DNA of 58,797 nucleotides, counting the filler, from Sphacelaria rigidula (taxonomy: Eukaryota), in NCBI GenBank assembly GCA_964200075.2. It is 5 parts of 5 records of this genome, joined end to end, with 100 filler letters (N's around TTAATTAATTAA, not from the genome) between each part and the next. Parts side by side here need not be neighbours in the genome. Positions count along the whole stretch, not along the records: positions 11,782 to 23,461 come from CAXNAA020004631.1; positions 23,562 to 35,241 come from CAXNAA020004632.1; 3 more parts are not named here. The stretch is one strand, 5' to 3'. The notes under the pieces were generated by a model that saw nothing but the letters and a program-made list of their open reading frames with translations, was not told where the DNA came from and searched no databases. The translations under genes and the position numbers were made by a program. This document shows, piece by piece, positions 11,782 to 24,005 of this stretch (position 1 is the stretch's first letter; each line of letters begins with the position of its first letter).

Positions 11782-12820
11782 CAGCCACCCCCCGCCGCCC
11801 CCGCCGGAGCAAAGTCAGGCGAGCGACGAAGAAAACCCAGCCCCCCCCCCCCCCCCCCACCCCCCCCCCGGAGGGCCTTCGCGCAGCGGCAAAATTTCGG
11901 ATTTCCCATTAAAAAAGGAAAGTTTTGTAGTTTTTTTTCCCTTAGCACGCAAGAAGGATCAAAATGACAGCAGATAACAGCTGCTAAAAATAATATTGCG
12001 CCTCCGGCGAAACAAGAAGGGGCCGCAGAAAATGTTTTCGCCTGCGGCGAAAAAAGTGCGTCCCAACATTCTTTTTTTACGGCAAGCCGCAGATTGTAAC
12101 TCCGAGGACCTGCGCTTCGCGGAATTTAACCTAAATATCTGCGCTGCCGCACCTCCGCAGGCGCTCTGTATAACCCTGGGCTGTGTTGTGGTCTACCTCT
12201 GTGCCAAGTTTCAGGCTTGATGGAACAAATACGGCGGATAAATCCACAAGCAAAATAACCCTTGATGTGTACTGAGAATACAGTACTAAACCCTGTTGAA
12301 CCGTCGAAAGATACATGAGGTACGTATGATTTTTGTATGCGGGAATCTTGGCAGTTGACTTTCTTTTTTTTTGCGTAAGACTGACTATATGCGACAGAAA
12401 TCAGCAAAAATGGAGTTTCGGTTACAGTCGGTTGTGCCGCGTGGTGCCGCATCAGCTGTAGTACAATTCCCGAGCTCGATGTTTAGTCGTTTTCGATGTA
12501 ATTCTGACATGATATACAGGGCGGATGTCTAAATACCCCTTCGTTCCTCCCGTGTTTTTTTTTTCTTTTCTTCGTGAATTATTGGCGACGGAACATTCCA
12601 GAACAGTTTTTACAGAACGAAATCGCCAATAAAATACGAAGGAAGAAAAAAACAAACAGGAGGGGGTAAGAAGGGGTCGTCGCACATACGTATACGTCCT
12701 GTAAAATGTGTCGAAATTTCATCGAAAACAGCTTTGAAATTGAACAGCGTAAATGCGTTTGAATTATCCGCAACTGGTCCATCTCCATATACTATAGGAA
12801 CCGGTTGTCGACGGCATAAG

Positions 12821-13107
12821 GCGAGCCGTGCGCTCAATTTTGGATCGTTTCGAAGACATTTTGACACGATGTACAGGGCGTATGTGCGAAGACCAAACCT
12901 TTCCCCCTATTCCCCTCTATTTTTTTTTGAATTTTCTACGTGAGTTATTGGCGACGGAACATTTCAGAACAGTTTTTTTCAGAACAAAATTGCCAGTAAC
13001 TCACGAAAAAAAAAACATAAGGGGAAATGTTTGGTCTTCGCACATACGCCCTGTATATCGTGTCAAAATGTCTTCGAAAACGATCCAAAATTGAGCGCAC
13101 GACTCGC
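12821..13107. mobile_element. Foldback MITE, with a more diverged sister copy at ~12470-12750
   Basis: GCGAGCCGTGCGCTCAATTTTGGATCGTTTCGAAGACATTTTGACACGAT pairs with ATCGTGTCAAAATGTCTTCGAAAACGATCCAAAATTGAGCGCACGACTCGC. Both copies share the centre TTATTGGCGACGGAACATT.CAGAACAGTTTT. Confidence 0.8.
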
Positions 13108-13339
13108 GTTTCAACATTCCTGGTGGTATCTTGGGCGGCCCAGTTTGTACATGTCATCTGTCTTGCAAGTTAACGCAGCTGGCAGTGCGTAACAACACAC
13201 GTTGAGGCGTTTCCAGCTGAATCCTGCCTGTAGGATCACCGTGAGCCTGGCATGCGGTTCTGTCGACCTATGGTACTGAATGGCAAAATCTCAAGTTGTC
13301 CTTGGACGTCTTCTCGTTCACGCAAGATAAACCTCAAAG

Positions 13340-13746
13340 ATTTTGCTGTTGAGTTAGTGCCGCTGCTCGAGTTCATCGATTCTTGGTTATTGCGACGGGG
13401 AAGTTTTCCGGAGAGACTATTCCATGCAAGAAGAACCGTGGAGCCTCGATTTCACCCGAGGAGCGTAGTCCTCTATTCCTCCGCAGCACCCGTCTCGTCT
13501 GTACAACTACTACTACTGTACTTCAGGTTGGAAGGCACACCACAACGGCATACAATTTACGCTGGCAAACATCTGCTTCAAGCATCCGTAAGCCTCGAGG
13601 TCTGAAGCGAGTGCGTACGGTCGGCATTTTCTGCTCGCTCCCGTACCACAGACTGCAGTGTCTACGTATGGCCGCTCCCATGTTTCGTATTTTGGCGGTT
13701 CAGGACCGATTTTCGGGCTTTTAACTCCCAGAGACCGGGGTAACTC
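13340..13746 (+). repeat. Dispersed partial copy of the ~572-bp unit arrayed at 17538-18760
   Basis: Shares TTTGCTGTTGAGTTAGTGCC...TGCAAGAAGAAC...CGATTTTCGGGCTTT..ACTCCCAGAGA..GGGGTAACTC. Confidence 0.8.
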
Positions 13747-14501
13747 GATCCTTTTGGGACCGACCCCCCAACTAACACAGGGTTGACCAAGGGTCTGCCG
13801 AAAAAATACCTCGGGACACGTAGGCCCCAAGATCGAAAATTCGAGTTTTCGAGGGGGGGAAACACCCAGCCTGCTGTCCCCTAGTTTATTGCCGAGGCGT
13901 TGGTGGATGCGGTCGGCTGTCGTGTACAGATATCCTTGGCATGCAGACCGCTGAGATGACGGACACACCGCCCCTCCAAGCTCATCACCTACCATGATTA
14001 CATTTTTGGGATCATGTTCCGTGTTGTGTGCCTCGACTACCTACCACCAGTAGTCCGGGCAAATTTGGCTACAGGCTGTCGCTACCGTGCGCTCGTGTGT
14101 TGTAGATAGATGTGTGTGAGCGTTGCCGGCATCCGAGGTCATCGGGACAGGGTGGGCAAGAAGCAAAAGCGAATACACGAACCTTGCGAAGCCCGCCGGA
14201 CTTTTCGATTTTGGTTAGCGTTTGTTGATCAATTTCTTTCAACAATTTCAACAAAAAATTAAAAAATCACAAAAAAAGCACAAAATCATGACAATTTTCG
14301 AAAAACTGCCCGCCACGACGGGGGCGGCGGGGGACCCCGTGTCCAATTTTTTTCTCTTGATAGAGATCCTTGGGTTGACCATGAGTTAGTAAAATATAAA
14401 TGAAAAGTCAGGGATCGACCTGATCAATCACGGCGAGGCGAAATTTATCGTCTAGACGCGAACGACCAGTGCAGGGATTGTTGCCGAATTTGATGTCACT
14501 G

Positions 14502-14570
14502 CCAAGATCGTGTGGGGGCCTTGTCCAAGATCGTGTGGGGGCCTTGTCCAAGATCGTGTGGGGGCCTTGT
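14502..14570 (+). repeat. Minisatellite, 3 x 23 bp perfect
   Basis: CCAAGATCGTGTGGGGGCCTTGT three times with no spacers. Confidence 0.95.
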
Positions 14571-14899
14571 CCCTGGCCTGGATAAAACGCCTTCCCAGGT
14601 ATCCAACGCCCGAATGGTCGGAGAAGGATTTGTCGTTTTACTTACATTCATATAGCGCTCCCGTGATTTCCCGGAGTTTTTTTTTGGTCGCCAGTCTATA
14701 CTTGTTGTTGTTGTTGTTCTTGTCTTCAAATTAAAAACCGTTCCGATACATGCGTAGTACTCTGTTCTGGGCATCTGATGCGGACGTCTTCCGTGGTCAC
14801 AGGCTAACTACCCCAATATAGGGTAAAAGAAAGTCAAAAATGAAATTGGACCCAGAAACAATTCACACAGACGCGGTACAGGAGAAAAAAAAACGCAAT

Positions 14900-16800
14900 A
14901 AAAGAAGAAGAAGAAGAAGAAATACTGATCGCCCCCAACGTTTCGATGTCGTATACTCAACACGCGAAGCCAAACAGGGAGGGAGCCAAACTCAAGAACC
15001 GTGATCACCAGCCAAAGCGATAACAATCACAGGGTTCTATCGTTGTACCTCTGGAGGGACAGCTTATGTGTACGAATGTACTGTAATAAATAGGCACAAC
15101 AGGAAAAGCACCACATAAGAACGCACACCACCTCGGGGTGGGGGGGTGCATGAAAGTCAGGAAATAGTAGGATAAACAAATATAATGGGAAATGATGGGG
15201 GGTCCTGCCACTTCCGCCATGTTCAGTTTGGTACACGCTGGCTACCTATTCTGTCATCTCCTCCCTGCTCTCCTCAAAGCTCCCGTTTAATCGCACGTGG
15301 TCGTCTGACCTTTTCCTCGATCTTGTGCCAAGAGGTCATGAGCCTCTCTGCTCCCTGCCGCACCCCCGTGCCATGGTATCCCCCGCTCCTTCTTCGCTGC
15401 TGAAGGCCAGAGGGCACTTTCCACTCCGAACGTCTGTCGGTTGTCGCACGTAGAGCCGTTCGTGGCTTCGAAAACTTGAAAATTGTTCCGATCTTTCCCC
15501 CCGCACTAGTGTTCCGAATGCCAGTCGCTTCGGCAGTCGTTCGTTTGGTTGTGTAGCTAGGGCTCCCACAAACAGCAGTCCCCGTTGCTGGACGATGGCT
15601 TCATCACATTGGTATCCGGCCTTCTTGAGGACCTGGGCGTGCGATAACTGTCGGTATATGCCTCGCACTCGGTGGTACCCGATAACTCGAGGAGGAGTCG
15701 GTAGTGTACCTTCCTCAGCAACCGGCAATGCTCGCGGTGCGGGGCCCACGTCATGCATCCGTAATTTAGGACCTCCATCGCTTCTGCCTTCAGCAGTCGG
15801 ACCTTGAGTCTCCACGGTGCTTTCGGTCCGTCAAAGAGCTTTCGGGAAAACTTTCTGATGCACGCCCACGTGGCTTTACTCCGGTTGTTGATCTCTTGTG
15901 TGAGGTCGCCATCTTCGGTGACGAGCCCACTCAAGTGTTGGAACTTCGTGGTTTGTGCGTACTTCTGGCCCGCTGCTTCGATGACCAGTGGCGGAGATGG
16001 TGTTGGTGGCTCCCCCTTCTGTGGCGATTTTTCCAGTACTCGCATCAGTAGAGTCTCTGACTTGTTCTCCGACACCGTCGGTCCGAAGGCCACAAACATG
16101 CGTACTGCAACGGTCATCATCCTCGCCAGGCCGTCAGGGGACCTTGAAACGACTGCTGCGTCATCGGCATATAGCATTTCATTCCCCACACCGCTCTCTG
16201 TATGCGCCCCAGAGGTGTCTCCGTCTCCCTCACCGTCCCCTCGTCGAGATATACCATGTCCTTCAGGATAATGTCATCCTCGCTGAAAGCACGAGAACTA
16301 TCTCGAGAACCGCAGCGAAAAATATATTGAACATCAGCGGGGACAACACACACCCTTGCTGTAGTCCCTGAGCGACCTCGAACCACTCCGAGAGGTCCCC
16401 GTCGTCCATGCGCACGCCGGCCTGCATGCCATCGTGGAATTGGCGGATGACTGCCATCATCTTGTTCGGGATACCAGCTCGGGCAAGCACCTGCCACAGG
16501 AGCTCTCGGTCGACCGAATCATAGGCCTTTTGGAGGTCGACGAAGCACATGTATAGTGGTATTCTCCATCGTCGTCCCAATTCCTGAAGTCGGCGCACTA
16601 CGAATAGCGTGTCGACGGTGGATCGATCTGGTCGGAAGCCGCACTGTTCCTCCGGCAGTCTCCCGTGGACTCCACAGCAGTCGCTGAGGCGGTTGGCCAC
16701 CATATTTATAAGCACTTTCCTTGCGTGCGACACCAGTGAGATTCCCCGGTAGTTGTTACAGTTGGAGCGGTCCGATTTCTTGTAGAGCACTTGTAGAGCA
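14900..16800 (-). mobile_element. 5'-truncated, frameshifted non-LTR retrotransposon (RTE-like LINE), RT region plus 3' portion
   Basis: ORFs 16263-16874, 15557-16189 and 15336-15815 give RT motifs in order: NYRGISLVSHARKVL, LPEEQCGFRPDRSTVD, FVDLQKAYDSVDR, GLQQGCVLSPLMFNIF, MLYADD, then the RTE-like tail LNYGCMTWA...RLPKRL.FG. An 11-bp duplication marks the truncation point (~16779-16800). The 3' boundary is approximate, near a (TTC)n run at ~14900-14920. Confidence 0.9.
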
Positions 16801-17537
16801 CTTGTATACCAAAACATAGTGGTAACACTAACACATGATTGGGGGGAAAAGTCGGGAAAAAGCGTACATGCCACATTTTGGTCATTCTCACGTGGGCACT
16901 AAACTCAGCTGGGCCGTGGAACGAGAGAAGGAGCTATAGTCATGAGTTCCGCCTATCCCTCTGCCGATGCCTTGCAGTGTGCAGCAAACATGTTTGTAGT
17001 GGGCGGTGACGAACAAGCTGTGTACAGGCAGCTGATCTCCGTAGCTGAGAACTGCCCAGGACGTGTGAGGGAGTATGCAGCGGCAGCTGCTGCTGCAGTC
17101 GGAGAGGCGTACTGCACTGTATGTTCGCCGCAACGCCCATGCTCTTCGAAGAGAATTTATCGCTTGCAATAAAGAGGGAAATCGCGGCCCACCCTGACCA
17201 CAAAGGGCTGTGTGGCAAGGTGATGAGGACAAAACACCATCCAAACCCACAAGTGACGGGCGGCCCGCCGGTCGTCACATCCTGTTGCAAGCTCTCTACG
17301 GCGACCCACACCGCTTGTTACATCTGTACATTACCTCATGCGCACCCCACCCGAATTACAGATTGTACCTGCACGTGAAAATAGATTGGGTAAAACTTTC
17401 GGTCTTCCTCCTACCCCTGAGGTTACATACGTGGAGTTTCAACAACATGAAGCCATTGTGTTTCGTGCAGACGCCAGGCACGTCATTCCTAACCAGCCTC
17501 ATTGGTCGTTCTGGAGGCCCGGTCCCAGAAGGGTTAG

Positions 17538-18760
17538 AATGAAACAAAAGTTTTCCGGGCGAAGCGAGAAAGAGTGGGTTGTCATCTGTCGTTCGTTTAA
17601 CACGTCAAGTTGCCATTTCTCAACGAAAGAGTGCTCAATTTACGCACGTTTTTTTTGCGTTGCGTTCCTCGTGTACAACTAACATACTTCTTGATTAGCT
17701 GTGATGCACCTCGAAGAGGTTTTGCTGTTGAGTTAGTGCCTCTACTCGTGATCGTCAGTTTGTGGTTATACGACGGTGATTTTTTTTCGGAGATTATACC
17801 GTGCAAGAAGAAACGTAGAGCCTGAACTTCACCCAAAGTATAGAGTACTTCTCCATTCCTCCGCGGCATCCGTCCCGCCTGTACTACAACAACTACTACA
17901 TCAAGGTGAAGGCACACCACAATAGCATAAAACTAACGCTGGCGAACGTCAAGTATCCATAAGCCCCGAGGTCTGGGGCGTGCGCTTACGGTCTGCACTT
18001 TCTGCTCTCTCCCGTACTACCAAGTCTCGAAGGCTGCTACCATGTTTCGTATTTTGGGGGTTCAAAATCGATTTTCGGGCTTTCAACTCCCAGAGACAGG
18101 GGTAACTCAAAGTGAAACGTTTTTTTTACGCGCGAAGCGAGAGGTGGGTTGTTGTCTGTCGTTCGTTTTAACACGTCAAGTTGGCATTACTCAAGGACAG
18201 AGTGCTTGATTTTAGCACGTTTTTTTGCGTTGCGTTCCTCGTGTACAACTCGCTACTTGATTGATTGTGATGCACATCGAAGAGAATTTGATGTTGAGCT
18301 AGTGCCGCTACTCGTGATCATCCGCTCCTGTTTATACGATGGTGAAGTTTTTCGTGGAGTTTATACCATGCAAGAAGAACCGAGGAGCCTGGACTTCACC
18401 CAAAGTAGGGTGAACTTCTCTAATCCTCCGCAGCACTCGTCCCGTCTGTACTACAACAACTACTAATTGAGTTTAGGAAAGCACATCACAACGGCGTACA
18501 ACCAACGCTAGCGAACGCCTACGTCAAGCATCCATAGGCCTCGAGGTCTGAAGCAAGTGCTTACGGTCGACAATTTCTTGTCCCTCCGTACTACAGTGTC
18601 TAAGGCCGCTCCCGTGTCACGTATTTTGGCGATTCAGGACCGATTTTCGGGCTTTTGACTCCCAGAGATGAGGGTAACTCAAAGTGGAACAAAACTTTTT
18701 GGCGCGAAGAGAGCGGGCGGCAATCTGCCGTTCGTTCAACACTTCAAGTTGGCACTACTC
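17538..18760 (+). repeat. Tandem array of a ~572-bp unit (two full copies and one interrupted copy)
   Basis: Units start near 17538, 18109 and 18682 (...GCGAAG.GAG...CTG.CGTTCGTT..AACAC.TCAAGTTG.CA). Full units end in CCCAGAGA...GGGTAACTC. The third unit is cut at 18762 by another element. Confidence 0.85.
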
Positions 18761-18761
18761 A

Positions 18762-19800
18762 CAGGATTATTCCTCTTCGATATTATGGAGGCGTTTGTGC
18801 GGGAGAATGTGTACCTTCCAGTAGATAATCATATTCCGCAGTTTCAATTGTCTCAGACCAAGAGAGGAGATCATCACGGGAAGAGCGGTGGGCCCTTTCA
18901 GCATCAAGAGCTCGCTTCACGGGCGGTGTGCGGAGGTCGACAAAGCGCCAGTACGCACGAGACCCGTCACAGCACACATCACAAGCGATTGCTACAGAAA
19001 GGAGGTCGCGTCCCGGTCGTACACGGCGATTGTGTGCAGGGTTCTCTACAAGCCGGCCCCACCCCGCGCGCACGGATGTCAAATCATACTTGTACACAGT
19101 ATATATGTAGGATACTGCTTGCTGTCTGTGTGGATGTGGTGTACTACCCCTTGCTCCGGCACATCTTGTACAGCGGTCGGTGTTGCAGCTAAGCGTGCAT
19201 TTGCCCAGGGCAGGGTGGCGCACGCAGAAGTAAAAGACCGTCGCTGCCGCTATGATGTCTGCCTGTATCTTGGGCGGAGCTGAATGGTAGCACAGCTGCT
19301 ATGGCGCGCAAGCCGGCTGTAACAATTCATACCGTGGAGATTTCTACAGTTTCGAAGTGATACTGCGCGCAGTTTGCGCACGTCGCAGAAGGCAATAGAT
19401 TTCACACTGTGCACAGCACATGAATTCAAATTATACACTGACTGTGGAAAGACCTTGTCCAGGGTGTATAGTAGTACATCACATTTCCATATATGTTGGG
19501 CGGTGAGTTCGTGAAATAATCCACCGTACGTGGCCGAAGTGGAAGTGGGGCAATTGCCGCAATATTCACGTGCAAATCCTGTGTGGCCGTACTCTAAGTT
19601 GATAACGCCAGGAGAACATCAGTGCAGCAAATACTCCGGCTGCCAGCCTGTTTGCACGGCCGTCCCGGTGGTCGTGGGACTGTCTGCACCGGGATGTCGC
19701 TCCCCATGCCGGGTACGCCGGCAAGGGTCAGTGGCACTACCCACTGGTCGCTCGACAGGAGCTTGACCTTCGACTGTCGAGCTTTGTGAAGCGGGAACGG
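18762..19800 (+). mobile_element. Non-autonomous TIR element, copy 2 (left end present)
   Basis: Begins CAGGATTATTCCTCTTCGATATTATGGAGGCG exactly where the third tandem unit breaks off. The interior is homologous to 8485-9345. Confidence 0.6.
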
Positions 19801-20529
19801 TAGTTCTAGCGATATCAACTTACAGTGCACTGGAGCAGAGTTTGCAGGTGACTTTTTTGGCGATTGCCTCACCTGCAGTTCGCCAAGATGTTGCGGATTT
19901 TCCCACGATCTCACTGAGTAATTCCAATTTCACAAAGTGAAGTTGGTTTCTGCTGCGGGTAAAAATTCGACTAAGAGGTTTTTTGCGACTCCGTTTTTGC
20001 GTCGTGATTCTTGCGATAGTTTTCTTGCGTTGTGATTCTTGCGATCGGATCCTTGCGATAGTTTTTTTGATAGATTTTTCCAGTCTAAAACCCTTATCGA
20101 TTTCGTTTTTTTGGGGATAACTTCGTCAAACGGACACCAAACGCATCCTGCTCCAAAGGGCACCTGGACATACAGAAGTTGACGTTGCCTACCTAGTATC
20201 ATCCTCCGAATCGAAGTCTTGAGTGAGAAGCCCAGCCACGGCCCAGCGTTTCGTGCCCATGTACAAGGATAATTACATCATACTCAAAATCGAGATGACT
20301 TCACCACTTGGTAGTTGATGGATATTTCTCGGAAATTTATGGTTTACGCAGGTGCTGATGCATCTCGAAGAACACTAACCCTAACCCTAACCCCAACGAA
20401 GACATACCGAGAACCCTCGGGCACAGGGGGTGCGGCGTGTTCCCTAGACGAAGTATGCGTTGCCGGACCTCAAATCGGCGCTCCAGGCGCAACGCGTTCT
20501 GCGCACGCTACAAGCACGCCAGGAGCAGG

Positions 20530-20618
20530 GTAGTCCATCTGGATCACGCATACTTTTTCCAGGGGAATGTTGATGCCGATTCAGCAGGTGACCTACCCTC
20601 GGGATCAAAGGGTCAAAG
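20530..20618 (-). mobile_element. Copy of the piggyBac-like MITE family
   Basis: GTAGTCCATCTGGATCACGCATACTTTTT...TTGATGCCGATTCAGCAGGTGACCTACC matches the family core at 2660-2730 and 39785-39882. Confidence 0.65.
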
Positions 20619-20880
20619 ATCCGGATTTCGGTGTGTAGACTAAAATCCAATACTGCACCTGTCCACAAGCCGTAAATTTCCGAGAACTATCTTGAACTAC
20701 CCAGTGGTAACGTCCACTGCATGAGTTAGTATCAGGTCCCAAATGAAATTCACTTCAATTTTTCTTCTAATATGCAGGATTTTTCAAGCTACGAGCACGC
20801 ATGGTTGCAAAGAGTGGGCTGTTGGGCTCTTCATCGGAAAAACAGTTGAGATCCCATCACTAGCAGTAGCCACGCTGGGT

Positions 20881-21800
20881 TCAACGCCATCACCAGCAGT
20901 ACCCACGCATGGGAGACAGACTCCTCGTGCACAGCTCCCACAGAGAGATGCGCACAGCTATATCTGCCAGAACCTCGCCTAGTAAGCAAGCACGGATCCA
21001 TCGGCGGGTAGTACGTACCAGCGCTGTCCAGCACAGTCGCTATCACTCGTAAGGTGCGTGGGTGTTGTCGCACGGTCGAAACGCGGACCGTCTACGATCA
21101 AGAGCAGCAGCAGCAGCAGCAGCATCGGCACCGCCTGATTCAGAACCACCCCCAACTGTACATAGTTACTGGCAGTAAATATGGTGGTGGTGGTGGTGGT
21201 GGTGGTGCTTCTTCTCGTGCGGGAGGCGGTCCGCGTTTCGACGTGCGACAATACCGCACCTGATGTGTTATTTCCTCCTCCTCACTTCCTCCTCCCCACT
21301 TTAAATCGATTATGATCTGTTTGCGTGTTGTTACCCTCATATTGTATCAGTATACTGCAGCATTTCAGTACGAGTACGTATCACTTCTTTCCCCCCGTAT
21401 TGGACGCTGGCTTTATTCTTTCAACTCCATCACCAGCAGTAGCCACGCTTGCGAGACACACCCGATGTGCACAGCTCGCACAGAGAGATGCGCACAGCTA
21501 TATCTCCTAGCACTTAGCGGGCAGTACGGACCAGCGCTTTCCGGCATGGTGGCTATCACGCGCATGGTGCGTGGGCGTTGTAGCACGATTGAAACGTGGA
21601 CCGTCTCTCCCACGAGGAAAAACGGCAGCAGCAGCGGCAGCAGCAGCAGCAGCAGTGTCGGCACTGGCTGAGTTAGACCCACCCCCAGCCGCGTACATCT
21701 ACTGGTAGTAGAGATGCTGCCGATACTGCTGCTGTTGCTTCTTCTCCTTCTCGTGCGGAAGGCGGTCCGCGTTTCGACCTGCGACAATACCCATACCCCC
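20881..21800 (+). repeat. Two diverged direct copies (540-bp period) of a hairpin-forming unit containing CAG tracts
   Basis: 20881-21260 resembles 21421-21797 (CATCACCAGCAGTA.CCACGC...CACAGAGAGATGCGCACAGCTATATCT). Each copy has inverted arms TTGT.GCACG.T.GAAACG.GGACCGTCT / GGCGGTCCGCGTTTCGAC.TGCGACAATACC. Confidence 0.8.
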
Positions 21801-23084
21801 TTGCGCGTGGTTGCCGCCCTCCTTGAAGTCGCTGGTCTATTCGCGTGCTGTTTTACCGTCCTTGTATCACTTGTTTCCCGCCCTAGCATACTCGATTAGA
21901 ACGGCGCGTGATTTCTCGTGAAAATGAAGTTGTGAACCGTCACTTCACTATTATATCATTATCACGAAATGATTATTATTGAATGAAATTACACACGCGG
22001 AGAGCGTTATTTTCGAGCAGCACGCGCGCTAGCGTTTTTCGTGTTGTCGACATCGTGCCAGCGCGCTTGTGCACCAAAGCGCTGTACTTCCCTGTGGCAG
22101 CCCGTCACGGTAGTGCTCCTCATGTTTCATCACGCCTTATTCGAAAACACCCAGAAGAGATGCCAGCGAGTCCATCGTTGTTGCCCTTGGATTGTGGTGA
22201 ATCAGTTTTTTTTCGATAGAACCCCCGCATGCTGCGTGTTGTACCAAATAGTATATACCGTACAGTTCCCCAGTTCAAAAACGGATACTGTATGCATTAT
22301 ATATACGCCACCGACATGATCTGGTTATCATGAACTGTGTACGAGGCGCGGGAAGCGTAGTTTTTGTCAAGTAATGCAAGGACGCAACCATACTGCAGTA
22401 CAGGCAGTATGAAACATGTGATTCGAACGAGACACAAGATGACGCATTTACATCGTGATAAATACCTGGGCGTTTTGGTACTGAAACGAGTCCACCAGTC
22501 CCTCCACTACCTACCGTACGAAGATAGCAAGGGTTAGACGAATCAATGATTCGTCCGGAAATAATTCGATTTTTAGTGTAATTGATTCGTACCGTACGAA
22601 TCAATCCTTAGGCTTCGTTTTCAGCGTTGCAACCCAGGCACGCGTAGCCCGGGCACGTGGAACGGCAAAAAAGTTGCGTGGAGACCTGTTTGACCAGCGG
22701 TCGACCTTTTTCCTCCCTTTCGGGCAATCAGGCCTGAGAAATCGTGGATTTGGTGATTCGAATCGGCGATGATTCGTCCGAGCCGTAGAAAATAGATACC
22801 ACGTGTAAATTACACAACAAGTTACGGGCAGACCTTTTTACTGTAGAGTAGAATGACCCAGCCGAGACCATTCCGGTTTCACCGCCGAAATCCGGGACCG
22901 CTACGTCATATCACAATCACCGAAATACATTGAAATTGGAAGCGCCCTGGACATAGGGCAATCTATATTACATACATGTGGAAATGTACCAGACCCTGCA
23001 TAATGTGTTAAAATGTACCAGACCCTGAACAAAGATCTCTACAGTCAGTATGAACACAACGTTAAAAGTGTACTGCGCACAGCG

Positions 23085-23312
23085 TGTTGTGTATCTTGTC
23101 GTCCCATCTACTCCGGACGCGGTCACCACCTTTCGGTATATATGGGCGCACCAGCCGGGGTCACACAGGAAGAAGGCCAGCATAGGGTTTTTTTCTTCTT
23201 TGTTTGGTTCAGTTCTCCATCTGACTTCTGCGGTGCTTGCCTTTCTTTTTTATCGCGAGAGGGGTTCAGCAGTCCCTTTCCCTCGTGGACCGTTGGGTCG
23301 ATTGTTTTTGTA
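23085..23312 (-). mobile_element. Headless copy of the tRNA-derived SINE
   Basis: Homologous to 45365-45592 (GGGCGCACCAGC.GGGGTCACACAGGA, TTCTGCGGTGCTT, TATCGCGAGAGGGGTTCAGCAGT). Confidence 0.8.
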
Positions 23313-23461
23313 CAGTATAGAACATGCTCCAATTTTTCAAATTGGTTGTTTTCTCAGGCTATTCCAGAGTCGGCATTGTATTTCTGTGACAGAAAGTTGC
23401 ACACGTCGGACAGATCAGTTTCTATGCGATCCAGCTCCTACAGGTGAAGTATGGACACACT

Positions 23462-23561
23462 NNNNNNNNNNNNNNNNNNNNNNNNNNNNNNNNNNNNNNN
23501 NNNNNTTAATTAATTAANNNNNNNNNNNNNNNNNNNNNNNNNNNNNNNNNNNNNNNNNNNN
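23462..23561. other. Artificial contig linker
   Basis: Same N44-TTAATTAATTAA-N44 structure. Confidence 0.97.
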
Positions 23562-23873
23562 AATGAGCGTTATGTATCTATAACAAGCTCGTTCGAGCAA
23601 CCGTTGCTGATTTCAGCGGCGATTTGCCTTGGAATTTCGTGCAAGAAGTGGCCCAAAATACCCCCCCCCCCATCGTAGCTCCGTCTCGAAAGGGGTGCGT
23701 GGTCAATGGTCAAACGACTAAGGCAAGCAGCCCATGAGAACGCCCCCCCCCCCCATCGTAGGATGACTCGTGCATTGTCTGCGATATTCGTGTCAACGTC
23801 TAGGTATATACGCTGTGCGGTCATGTCGTCGCCCCTCAGTGTTACGCCCAGCATTTTGTTTTTAGTCTTTCAG

Positions 23874-24005
23874 ATGCCTCTTTGTAAAATGCTGCATGAT
23901 GGCAAGTATCCCGATTTCGAGTGGAGGGTCAGCGCCTACTGTGCATACAGTAGCGGACCAAACAGCATCGCTTTGGCGGGAGGCGAGGACGCGAGGACGA
24001 TCGAG
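23874..24005 (+). CDS. Putative isolated exon, product unknown
   Basis: Strong acceptor ttttgtttttagtctttcag and donor GAG|gtgggt. 132 bp, open in phase 0: MPLCKMLHDGKYPDFEWRVSAYCAYSSGPNSIALAGGEDARTIE. No family recognised. Confidence 0.35.

Noticed and set aside
14502-14570. 23-bp repeats as a CRISPR array
   Set aside because: No spacers, no cas genes, eukaryotic context.
20375-20393. Telomere (CCCTAA)3
   Set aside because: Only three units, internal to a contig and embedded in repeat-like sequence.
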